Part shown: in pieces, positions 56,901-64,000 of the stretch
Position numbering within the stretch: position 1 is the stretch's first letter
Layout of the letters: the number at the start of each line of letters is the position of its first letter
Source of the DNA: an uncultured Opitutia bacterium
Lineage (GTDB): Bacteria > Verrucomicrobiota > Verrucomicrobiia > Opitutales > CAJWYM01
Direction of reading: 5' to 3'
Length of the DNA stretch: 64,000 nucleotides
Assembly (NCBI GenBank): GCA_913049555.1
Contig: CAJWYM010000006.1
Span: 2,125-66,124, forward strand
Program-made: the position numbers and the translations under genes
The notes under the pieces: generated by a model
Seen by the model: only the letters and a program-made list of their open reading frames with translations
Database searches by the model: none
What the model was told of the DNA's origin: nothing

Positions 56901-58397
56901 TACCTTGAGGCGGATCCAATTATCAGGGAATGTTATCAACTTAGAAAACAAGTTTTGGGAGGGGATCATGAAGACACACTTTTGGCTTTGATTGCACTTT
57001 CTGATATTACATTGGTCCTAGAGGATTTTGAAAACGCAGAGGATTACCTCAAGCAAGTGATTCGATTGGAAAAAGCAAAAGTAGACTCTGATTTGTTAGC
57101 AATCGCAAGAGTCGAGGCTAAATTGGGTCGTGTGCTTTCCAAAAAAGGAAATCACCTGAGTGCTGTTTCTTATTACAAAAGATCTTTGGCAGGCAAAGAG
57201 AAAGTCTTAGAGGTAGATCATGTGGAGTCCATTGAGGCAGCGAGGGCATTGGGGTTCCAGTTTTCAGTCAATAAGGAATTTGAAAAAGCAGAAGAGATTC
57301 TGAAAAAGGCTCTCAATCGAATTCGTAATAAAATAGAAGGCGATCAGATCTTAGAGGCATCAATCTTACATACGATGGGAAGTGTTTATGAGAATGATCA
57401 AGATTATAAGATTGCGATTGATTGTTATGGAGAGGCTTTACAGATTAGAAAAATTTGTTTGGGCGAGAAAGATGTTTCCTGTATTGAATCTCTAGTTCAA
57501 TTAGGATCGTGTCGTTTTTTGAATAAAGACTATGTCGAAAGTTGCGATTGCTTTTCTAAAGTTTTAGAAATCGGAGAACTTTATCTAACTCCTGAGAATG
57601 AAAAGATTGTGTATGCTCAGAGTTATTTGGGTGCTTCCTATTATCATTTAGGGGATTATCCAAGTGCTCAGGATTCGATTGCAAAGGCTCTGAAGATTCG
57701 GTTGAAAAATGATCGTTATTTGCCTATCTCTCAATTGATTGAGGATTTAGACAATATGAGTCGTATTCAGATTATGCTCGGTATTTATAATGATGCCGAG
57801 GGTTTATTGACTCAATCCTTGACCTTGAAGCAAAAACATTACGGGCGAGAGCATCATTCTGTAAGTGATAGTTTAGAACTGCTTGGATTTTTACATTTAA
57901 GGCAAGCTTCTTTCAGAAAGGCAGAAAAGTGCTACCGTAGGGTTACAGCTTTGCGGAGAAGAGAATCCGGATTGGAGTCTTTTGCATATTATCGATCCCT
58001 GGAGGGGCTCGCAATTGCTTCTGTAGAACTTGAAAATTACAGCGAGGCCTTGGATCTTTTTTCGTCGGTTGTAGATGGATTCAGTAAACTATTTTTAAAT
58101 GGACATAAAAAGTTGTTTGAATCCATGTGTGGGTATGTTTTTTGGTTGGATCAATGTGAGCGAACCGAGCAGGGAGCTGCTTGTATTGGAAAGATTATTC
58201 GCTACGCAGCAGATAGTTTTGTGAATCAGGATTCCGAAGGCTACCGAGAGGCTATTTTAAATTCCTATTCTCTGTTCCAAGATCACCACTTTAAAGAAGC
58301 TTGGGATCGATTCTTAGAAGCTCAAGAAATGAAAGATCCGATGTCTGCATTCCATATGCGTCTTTGCCAAAGTGGGCATACTTCTGTTCCCTGCTGA
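53976..58397 (+). CDS. STAND/NLR-like NTPase: DUF4062-type N-terminal domain, NACHT P-loop module, long array of KLC-type (42-aa) TPR repeats
   Basis: RVFISSTFRDMQEERDVL. Walker A GDSGSGKS (54750-54773). Walker B IMIVID (Asp codon 55020-55022). At least 10 repeats carrying G.EHPDT-like cores between about 56040 and 58100. Confidence 0.85.
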   Translation: MADIQNKNRVIRVFISSTFRDMQEERDVLVKWVIPEVRRRCYDRLVELVEVDLRWGITEAQAQKGETISVCLDEIDRCRPYFIGMLGERYGWIPDSYKKDLLEVQPWIQNHLDKSVTELEFIYGFLKNKTVQDQAFIYFRDKEYEQKVPSSIRPLYLSEGPESKRLLNKLKDDVRNSGASLKEIYKTPEEFGEFVLEDLWEAINKDFPAGSEPTALEIEANKHETFANVRRSVYIGREDYYSYIDNHIETETKPLVIQGDSGSGKSALLANWILRYQNKNPEDLVFLHFVGGTGNSSDHLRLVQRLMETIQSWGLYNESLPTEPSKMIEMLPTWLTAAGANRKIMIVIDALNQLEDRNGGQDLGWLPHQLPKNVHLVLSTLPGKVQTLLSKRNYPFLIVKPFDPKERKGLILNYLDQYRKRLPDPAVEKLIQAKNTENPLFLKTVLAELRIMGVHEELDKRIAYYLSAKNIESLYEKMLERMESDFDRSRKYLVRDCLFYLWCSRRGLSESELLDLLGTTGKSLPRAYLSPFLLALEHLLLNTSGIITFAHDRLRIAVMNRYAQSGAFIEDYRRNLCSYFREKEELDRSVDEIPYQLSRMRNWTQMHSYIRQIPVFEKAFAKDKLELLSNWFLLGDFYNMDESYRVALQSWEGAEDNADLPTSKIIQVITDLGSFLCFSGSGKSATILFERAYEIALNTYGSNSKETASCMSQYGKLLLDNGKYQKADKLLREAFNTRVRTLGPEHRDTLMSMDELALLEMMQGHYKDAEILYQKGYEISKKILGATHPGTMESLNGLALLYLKKGEYQNAKPIQEQAYLIFDRNFGKEHPDTLALRTSYAFTLCEIGEVDQAVEHYRSTLSIYESCFGPEHPGTLTSLSGLSHILEVRGDIEEAEKLLYRVHSTQKRTLGGEHPETINTQALWARLLLKKDEISTAESHFREVLYYRERLLGKEHPDTMDSMYDLSQVLTAEKEYLEADPIIRECYQLRKQVLGGDHEDTLLALIALSDITLVLEDFENAEDYLKQVIRLEKAKVDSDLLAIARVEAKLGRVLSKKGNHLSAVSYYKRSLAGKEKVLEVDHVESIEAARALGFQFSVNKEFEKAEEILKKALNRIRNKIEGDQILEASILHTMGSVYENDQDYKIAIDCYGEALQIRKICLGEKDVSCIESLVQLGSCRFLNKDYVESCDCFSKVLEIGELYLTPENEKIVYAQSYLGASYYHLGDYPSAQDSIAKALKIRLKNDRYLPISQLIEDLDNMSRIQIMLGIYNDAEGLLTQSLTLKQKHYGREHHSVSDSLELLGFLHLRQASFRKAEKCYRRVTALRRRESGLESFAYYRSLEGLAIASVELENYSEALDLFSSVVDGFSKLFLNGHKKLFESMCGYVFWLDQCERTEQGAACIGKIIRYAADSFVNQDSEGYREAILNSYSLFQDHHFKEAWDRFLEAQEMKDPMSAFHMRLCQSGHTSVPC

Positions 58398-58464
58398 AGA
58401 GTAAATCTATGCAAGAATTTTAAGTATACGAATAGGATTGGATAAAATTCTAAATCCCTCTTCT

Positions 58465-59703
58465 TCAACGAAGCATGTTCACAGAAAAATCAAGTGCCTT
58501 TATAAATTGATCGATTTCTTCTTTTGTATTGTAGAAGCTCAAGGAGGCTCGGATTGTTCCAGGGACATTGTAGTGAGTCATAAGGGGCTCGGTGCAGTGA
58601 TTGCCAATTCTCACCGCAATTCCCTGTTTGTCTAACAATACTCCGATATCATAAGGGTGGGTGCCATCTACCAGAAAAGAGAATGTGCAAATTTTGTGTT
58701 TAGACTCGCCATATATTTTAAGTCCTTTGATTTCCTTTAAGCGTATCGTCCCGTATTCCAAAAGATCAGATTCTTGTTTCATTCGCAATTGAATGTTGAA
58801 ACTATTCAAATATTTTATAGAGGCACCGAGGGCAATCACCCCAGATATGTTCGGAGTTCCAGCTTCAAATTTGGAGGGGGTTTCAGCATAGGTTGTTTTT
58901 TCGATGCTCACATTTTTAATCATATCTCCTCCTCCATGCCAAGGAGGCATCAGATCTAAAATGGACTTTTTGCCGTATAGAATGCCAACCCCCGTAGGGC
59001 CAAAAAGTTTGTGAGCAGAAAATGCATAAAAATCACAATCGAGCTCTTGTACATCGATTTCCTTGTGAGAGATGGCTTGAGCACCGTCTAAAAGGACGGT
59101 TATGTGATTTGATTTTGCAATTTCTATGAACTTTTGAACGGGATTGATGGTTCCTAAAGTGTTGGATATGTGGGTCAAGGCTAATAATTTAGTTCTCGGA
59201 GTGATGGAACTTTTAAATTCATCCAAGTCCAATTCTCCAATTTCATTTACAGAGAGGGCTTTCAAAACGGCCCCTTTTCTTTCACACAACATTTGCCAGG
59301 GAACAATATTAGAGTGATGTTCCATGAGAGTGATTATGATTTCATCTCCCTGTTTAATGTTGGTTTCTCCCCAACTGTAAGCGACGAGATTTATGGATTC
59401 AGTAGTTCCTCGAGTGAAGACAATTTCTTTTTCGCTTGAGGCATGGATTAAGTGTTGAACCTGTTTGCGAACTTCCTCGTATTCTTCGGTTGCAGAAGCA
59501 CTCAACTCATGAACCCCTCGGTGGATGTTAGCATAAGATTGACTGTCAAATTCTTTGAGCTTTTTGATCGTACAAGCAGGTTTCTGGGTGGAGGCCCCAT
59601 TGTCAAAATAAACTAGAGGTTTTCCATGGACAGAGCTTTGAAGGATAGGGAAGTCTTTTCTCCATTGAGAAACGCTTGGTTCTTTTATGTCTTTTATAGC
59701 CAT
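58465..59703 (-). CDS. sufS: Cysteine desulfurase, SufS/CsdA-type (class V aminotransferase fold)
   Basis: NIHRGVHELS, SAHKLFGPTGVG (PLP Lys), RIGNHCTEPL (active-site Cys loop). No sufBCD genes nearby. Confidence 0.85.
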   Translation of the reverse strand: MAIKDIKEPSVSQWRKDFPILQSSVHGKPLVYFDNGASTQKPACTIKKLKEFDSQSYANIHRGVHELSASATEEYEEVRKQVQHLIHASSEKEIVFTRGTTESINLVAYSWGETNIKQGDEIIITLMEHHSNIVPWQMLCERKGAVLKALSVNEIGELDLDEFKSSITPRTKLLALTHISNTLGTINPVQKFIEIAKSNHITVLLDGAQAISHKEIDVQELDCDFYAFSAHKLFGPTGVGILYGKKSILDLMPPWHGGGDMIKNVSIEKTTYAETPSKFEAGTPNISGVIALGASIKYLNSFNIQLRMKQESDLLEYGTIRLKEIKGLKIYGESKHKICTFSFLVDGTHPYDIGVLLDKQGIAVRIGNHCTEPLMTHYNVPGTIRASLSFYNTKEEIDQFIKALDFSVNMLR

Positions 59704-59852
59704 CTGTTTTATTTTGTAGGGTCTTCAAAAGTGATACAAACAATATTCATTAGAGACCCAGCTTGGGAATTTATTTCTAGGAGCAATCAAACGCTGCCCA
59801 ATTTACGAATATAAAAGACTGAGAGCAAATCACTCGTTTCTGAGGAATACAC

Positions 59853-61352
59853 CTATTCCAGAGCCTCTTTAAAAATAGCGAGAATTTCTTCAATTTTTTC
59901 TGATCCAACAGAAACTCTTATTAAATCAGGATCGATTCCTAAATTTTTTAAGTAAGCACGTCCTTCAGGATTGTTCACCAAGTCGTAGTGAGCAAGATAC
60001 ATAAATGGACAGATCAAGGAGAAATAGGTGCCGAAACTTGGGCTTTTTAAGATCTTAATTTTATCATAAAATTTTTTAAGACTTATATTTTTAACACTCA
60101 AGGTAATCAATCCGCCTACGGAATCAGAATCTTTTGAAAAGGAATCAAAATTCTTTTTACTTTTCTCTGATCGTGACCAGTAAAGAGATTCAATGTTTTT
60201 ATTTTTTTCTAGGAAGTGAACTAGGGCCTGAGTGTTCTGATTGATCTTATTGACAATTTTGGGCGCATCCAGAGCTTGAAACATAAGGCGAGATTGATCT
60301 CGTATATACAAAGGAGTCAGTTCTTTTTGGATTTCACCATTCAGTTCTTCGTAAAAAGTAGATTCCGGGTTAAGGATGACACACCCGGCCATAACATCCC
60401 CTTGGTTGGCTGCATATTTCGTTAAGCTAGTAACTAGGACATCGCATTCTTTGAGAACATCTACATTGTAAATACTGGCAATCGTAGGATCTAATATCAG
60501 GGCGATTTCTTTGCTTTTGCAGAGTTGATACAATCCAGCAATATCACTGCTTTGTATGAGAGGATTCGTCGGGATTTCGGTCACTATCCCCGCAATTTCA
60601 AACCATCGGTTTTCTATCAATGAAACCAGTTTTTTATAGTCAAAAACATCATGCATTAGAATGCATTCTTTTTCTTCTTCTAAATAGGTTTCGAGTATTT
60701 TGATGGTATCGGTATACAACCAACCCAATTGTATCCAGACTTTTCTGGCCTTTCTTTTTTGTGATTTTTGAATCGCTTTGAAAGTTCCATAAAAAGCATT
60801 CATACCACTGGATGTTATAAAAGTATTTTTAGGCTCTGCATTTGCGACTTGAGCAATCGTTGAAGCCAAGGCTGTAGTTTCTAATGGAGTGGAGGATTTT
60901 TCATTAAAAATTCGATTTAGTTTGCGAGTTTTAACTAAAAAATCTTCTGCATGCCTCGATGAAATCCCTGTTCCAGTGTGTTGAACAAAATTTTTGAATT
61001 TTTGAGCGGTGTGTCTGTTCTTGGGATAAATCACAAAATCGATTCCCTTGTATAAGTCGGCTTTAGCTTCTGGAGAATTCGCGAAATGCATGGCTTCTTG
61101 GCAGGCTTGGGGACTTGCAAGCAAACAAATATTACTCGCTTGAATCTTGAGTTCTGATTGAATGGTCTCCTCAACTTCTGATATGAAGTAATGCTTATAA
61201 AATCTTGGATAACCCGATCGAATTTGTGAGAGGGTTTTAGGGTTCTTTTCCTCGTATCCAATCACATCCTCCAAAGTAGGAAGGCTCACACAAACAGAAT
61301 GAGGAGAATCAGGAACTCGCTTTCCTAATGGTATCTGGTTTAAGTCTCTCAA
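59853..61352 (-). CDS. PLP-dependent Cys/Met-metabolism family enzyme (cystathionine gamma-synthase/lyase-like), unusually long
   Basis: SLTKYAANQGDVMAG (PLP-Lys region) and SVCVSLPT. C-terminal IRVSVGSE typical of the family. Length 499 aa. Confidence 0.72.
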   Translation of the reverse strand: MRDLNQIPLGKRVPDSPHSVCVSLPTLEDVIGYEEKNPKTLSQIRSGYPRFYKHYFISEVEETIQSELKIQASNICLLASPQACQEAMHFANSPEAKADLYKGIDFVIYPKNRHTAQKFKNFVQHTGTGISSRHAEDFLVKTRKLNRIFNEKSSTPLETTALASTIAQVANAEPKNTFITSSGMNAFYGTFKAIQKSQKRKARKVWIQLGWLYTDTIKILETYLEEEKECILMHDVFDYKKLVSLIENRWFEIAGIVTEIPTNPLIQSSDIAGLYQLCKSKEIALILDPTIASIYNVDVLKECDVLVTSLTKYAANQGDVMAGCVILNPESTFYEELNGEIQKELTPLYIRDQSRLMFQALDAPKIVNKINQNTQALVHFLEKNKNIESLYWSRSEKSKKNFDSFSKDSDSVGGLITLSVKNISLKKFYDKIKILKSPSFGTYFSLICPFMYLAHYDLVNNPEGRAYLKNLGIDPDLIRVSVGSEKIEEILAIFKEALE

Positions 61353-61355
61353 GGT

Positions 61356-62615
61356 TTATAATTCGATCTGAATTTCGTTTTTATAAATATCTTCGAGTTT
61401 TTGTCTTTTTCGGATTGTCTGGATTTCCCCTTCTAACCCAAGCATGACCTCCGCCGCTTCCGGAAAAGAATTGTAATTTTTAGTAGACATTGCCGAACAA
61501 TAAGCCCCAGCTCCGTCAATCACCAGAAGATCATTGATTTCGATTTCAGGCAATTCTCGAGTTCCAATTCCCTCTGGATCATCAGGCAAAGGGGTTACAA
61601 GATCTCCCGATTCACAGCAATGACCGACAACGACAAAGTTTTTAGTCTTTTCAGTTTTTTGACGAGGATAAGCTATAATTGGATGCTGTGCTGCATACAG
61701 TGATGGTCTCAGAAGATCTGTCATACCCATGTCCGCTTTTATAAAATCAAAGCCACTTTCGCCAGTGGAGGTCATATCTTGCGCTTTGGTAAGAATTGAG
61801 CATGCGTTGGCCACTAAGTAGGAGCCAGGCTCAATTTCAAGACTCAGAGCTCGTCCTGTTTCTTCTTTAAAGGAAATAAACGCCTCTTTGACTGGGGATC
61901 CAACTTTTTGTAAATCGGTGCCAATTTCATCAGGCATTCTGGCTACTTTGTAGCCTCCTCCTAAATTCAAAGCGATCACATCTGGGAATTTTCTTACTAA
62001 ATCCAGAGACATATTGGAGACCTTCTGCCAGACGGATGGATCGCTTCCGGAGCCAATATGGGTGTGAATACGGATGACTTTAAGGTGGTATTGAGCGATT
62101 GTATCTTGTACTTTTAGGAGGTCTTCATGCCAAATCCCAAAGCTACTGGAAGGCCCTCCAACATTGGTTTTATTGGTTCCTCCGGATCCAAGACCTGGAT
62201 TGAATCGCAAACCAATTTTAGATCCAGGAGCTGCTTTTCCAATTTTTATAATTTGATTCAAAGAACAAGCATTGATTTCAATCCCCAGTTCCAACAAAGC
62301 TCCTGCATCCTCTGGGAGTTCCTGCGAACTCAAGCTGATTTTTGAGGGAGAAATTCCAGCAGCCATAGCTCTTTTAACCTCAAAAGCGGAGCTTGCATCA
62401 AAAGAAAGTCCCATTTTGTCAAAAAGGCGAAGAATATTGGCATTTGGAGCCGCTTTCATTGCGAAACGAGGAGTGAGGCCAAAAGCATTGGGAAAATGAA
62501 GGACTTCCTCTGCATTCTTCTTTAATGACTTCTGGTCATAAACATAGGTTGGAGTTCCTGCATGTTCGTTTACTCGAATCGCGGTTTCTTCTGTTATAAA
62601 TCGTGCCTGAATCAT
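61356..62615 (-). CDS. Orn/DAP/Arg decarboxylase family 2 PLP enzyme (likely diaminopimelate decarboxylase)
   Basis: [16 protein letters not shown] (PLP Lys), [23 protein letters not shown]. Confidence 0.83.
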   Translation of the reverse strand: MIQARFITEETAIRVNEHAGTPTYVYDQKSLKKNAEEVLHFPNAFGLTPRFAMKAAPNANILRLFDKMGLSFDASSAFEVKRAMAAGISPSKISLSSQELPEDAGALLELGIEINACSLNQIIKIGKAAPGSKIGLRFNPGLGSGGTNKTNVGGPSSSFGIWHEDLLKVQDTIAQYHLKVIRIHTHIGSGSDPSVWQKVSNMSLDLVRKFPDVIALNLGGGYKVARMPDEIGTDLQKVGSPVKEAFISFKEETGRALSLEIEPGSYLVANACSILTKAQDMTSTGESGFDFIKADMGMTDLLRPSLYAAQHPIIAYPRQKTEKTKNFVVVGHCCESGDLVTPLPDDPEGIGTRELPEIEINDLLVIDGAGAYCSAMSTKNYNSFPEAAEVMLGLEGEIQTIRKRQKLEDIYKNEIQIEL

Positions 62616-62650
62616 CTGTTTACACTAAGAATTTAATTTAAAATATCAAG

Positions 62651-63247
62651 CTATGATCTGCTCGGGTGTATGTCAAATGAGGAACCTAGAGAAGAGAAGG
62701 TTTTACCTCCTAAACGAGCTAAGGGTTGAATGCTCTCTGGGTCTAAAGTCTCCTCGATCTTCGAGTCCAAGTAGAGTGACTTTGCTTCAAGAAGAATCAG
62801 AGTTTGAGGAATCGGACCTAATTCAATTTTCTGATAGAACTGGCAGTAGTAGGCAATAGGAGCTTTTTTCAGTCTTGGTAAAGGCCAATCTTGAACGGGA
62901 GTGGTCTCAATGGAAAATGATTCCGTCTCACTGCAACCATATTCTAGAGATTTAGAGGAATCCATCACCAGTGCAGCATCTTCCTTGGATGGGATATGAA
63001 CAACACAATGCTTTGAATTTGTAATATTGAACAAAGTATCTTTGGGCTCCCCAGATTGTTTTCTTCCAATGGAAACAGAAAAAAGAGGGGGACTGCTTGA
63101 GACCGCATTGAAGTACGAAAATGGAGCCAAATTATAGTTTTTATTTTGGTTTTCGGTCAGTATCCATGCAATGGGTCTTGGGATAATCGTATGCGTGAAT
63201 AATCTGTAGATTTCTGAGGATTTTTCATCCTGAAGGTTTTTGATCAC
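62651..63247 (-). CDS. Flavin reductase-like FMN-binding split-barrel protein
   Basis: PRPIAWILTEN...NLAPFSYFNAVSSSPPLFSVSI is the typical flavin_reduct domain pattern. Confidence 0.8.
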   Translation of the reverse strand: MIKNLQDEKSSEIYRLFTHTIIPRPIAWILTENQNKNYNLAPFSYFNAVSSSPPLFSVSIGRKQSGEPKDTLFNITNSKHCVVHIPSKEDAALVMDSSKSLEYGCSETESFSIETTPVQDWPLPRLKKAPIAYYCQFYQKIELGPIPQTLILLEAKSLYLDSKIEETLDPESIQPLARLGGKTFSSLGSSFDIHPSRS

Positions 63248-63259
63248 AATTTATTTTCC

Positions 63260-63742
63260 TCAGCCACAGCATTTTTTGAACTTTTTTCCACTGCCACAAG
63301 GACAAGGATCATTCCTGCCTATTTTTGGCGTCTCTCTTTTTATCGTCTGCTGAATCGGTAAAAAACCGGCATAGAGCCATTCACCCTCAGTTTTCGTAAA
63401 AACTGCTTTTTCATGGTGTTCGTAGGGCTTTCCATCTTTAGTAAAAGTAGCTTTGAATTCCACGATACCATTCTCATCGTCTTCCAACCCAGCTTCAGTA
63501 TTCATTATTTCAAGTCCCATCCATTCTGCAGACTTTGCCCAATCCTCAGTATCTTGATATGAAAAGTCATCCAATTGATCCTTTGTGAGTGAAGATTTTA
63601 AAAAATCAATATTTTGAGTTTTGTATGCAGAGTAACGAGTTCGCATCAGAGCTTCAGCAGTAGGAGCTTTTGCTTCCCCTGAAAGATAAGTGAATGTTAC
63701 TTCTGTGGGTTCTTGTTGGATTTCTTCCTGAGTCTCTGTCAT
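63260..63742 (-). CDS. YchJ-like protein with C-terminal SEC-C zinc motif
   Basis: [18 protein letters not shown] at the C-terminus, preceded by an NTF2-like region (RTRYSAY...). Confidence 0.78.
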   Translation of the reverse strand: MTETQEEIQQEPTEVTFTYLSGEAKAPTAEALMRTRYSAYKTQNIDFLKSSLTKDQLDDFSYQDTEDWAKSAEWMGLEIMNTEAGLEDDENGIVEFKATFTKDGKPYEHHEKAVFTKTEGEWLYAGFLPIQQTIKRETPKIGRNDPCPCGSGKKFKKCCG

Positions 63743-63771
63743 AATTTATTGGATTATTAATAAGATTATTT

Positions 63772-64000
63772 ATGGAGCAAACACTAAAATTAGATCAAAT
63801 CAATATTTATGGCGGAACTCAGACTCGAGCAGCGACGATCGAGGAAGCTGTAATTAACTACGGAGACGCGATGCTTAAAGGGATTGAGTTCCCCCCAGTA
63901 ACCGTTTTTTATGATGGCAAAACTTACTGGTTAGCAGATGGTTTTCACCGTTATTTAGCTACAAAAAGTATTGATAAAAAAGTTATAGACACAAAGATCA
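63772..64000 (+). CDS. 5' part of a ParB/Srx-fold (ParB-like nuclease domain) protein, truncated by the window edge
   Basis: ATG at 63772 opens a frame that runs to the edge: MEQTLKLDQINIYGGTQTRA...PPVTVFYDGKTYWLADGFHRYLA, with the DGxHR motif of ParB N-terminal domains. Not in the ORF track because it has no stop. Confidence 0.6.
   Translation, partial: MEQTLKLDQINIYGGTQTRAATIEEAVINYGDAMLKGIEFPPVTVFYDGKTYWLADGFHRYLATKSIDKKVIDTKI

Noticed and set aside
52037-58397. Assignment of the cyclase/STAND pair to Pycsar, CBASS, Thoeris or a known Avs type
   Set aside because: There is no cNMP-binding effector, CD-NTase, TIR/SIR2 domain or recognisable nuclease or TM effector. The locus is therefore reported as an unclassified candidate rather than a named system.
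58415-58450. gaatttta/taaaattc hairpin between the convergent STAND and sufS-like genes, as a bidirectional terminator
   Set aside because: The stem is entirely A/T, the loop is 20 nt, and there is no flanking T-run on either strand.
1-64000. Scan for CRISPR arrays, IS elements, transposases, integrases, prophage genes and rRNA
   Set aside because: No regularly spaced direct repeats, no DDE or tyrosine-recombinase-like ORFs, and no rRNA-like sequence were seen. The only repeat-like structure is the twin hairpin at 32242-32325.

Overview
AT-rich bacterial chromosomal window with about 60 tightly packed genes. Confident start codons mostly lack Shine-Dalgarno-like leaders. All family names below come from reading motifs by eye; no database search was run.

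Most content is housekeeping: htpG, the uppS-cdsA-dxr-rseP operon, a zinc-independent L36/L31 ribosomal protein pair, amt, Mn-type sodA, orn, aroA-cmk-plsC, nrdR, an ABC-F ATPase, ridA, a sufS-like gene and two more PLP enzymes, and one tRNA-Leu(GAG). Four sulfatase-family genes plus a secreted beta-helix/esterase pair suggest a marine sulfated-glycan degrader, possibly of the PVC type (Lentisphaerae/Verrucomicrobia-like). That taxonomic guess is inference only.

Two accessory blocks stand out.
(1) 52037-58397 is a self-contained two-gene module. A TPR/SLOG/class III nucleotide cyclase fusion protein sits 7 nt upstream of a 1473-aa DUF4062/NACHT/TPR STAND NTPase. It has the logic of nucleotide-signalling anti-phage systems but fits none of the described ones I know. 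This is my best candidate for an undescribed system.
(2) 34310-41297 is a seven-gene minus-strand operon: MerR-type regulator, FAD oxidoreductase, DUF1365, two CFA-synthase-like methyltransferases, DUF1295 and a membrane desaturase. It matches the furan/methylated fatty acid (Ufa-type) photo-oxidative stress gene set.

Smaller oddities:
- Twin perfect hairpins with identical 10-nt loops beside the tRNA.
- Two sulfatases with non-canonical formylglycine motifs.
- Two leaderless sulfatases.
- A CdsA that deviates from the family signature.
- A ParB-like nuclease gene starting at the right edge.

No transposase, integrase, CRISPR array or rRNA was seen.
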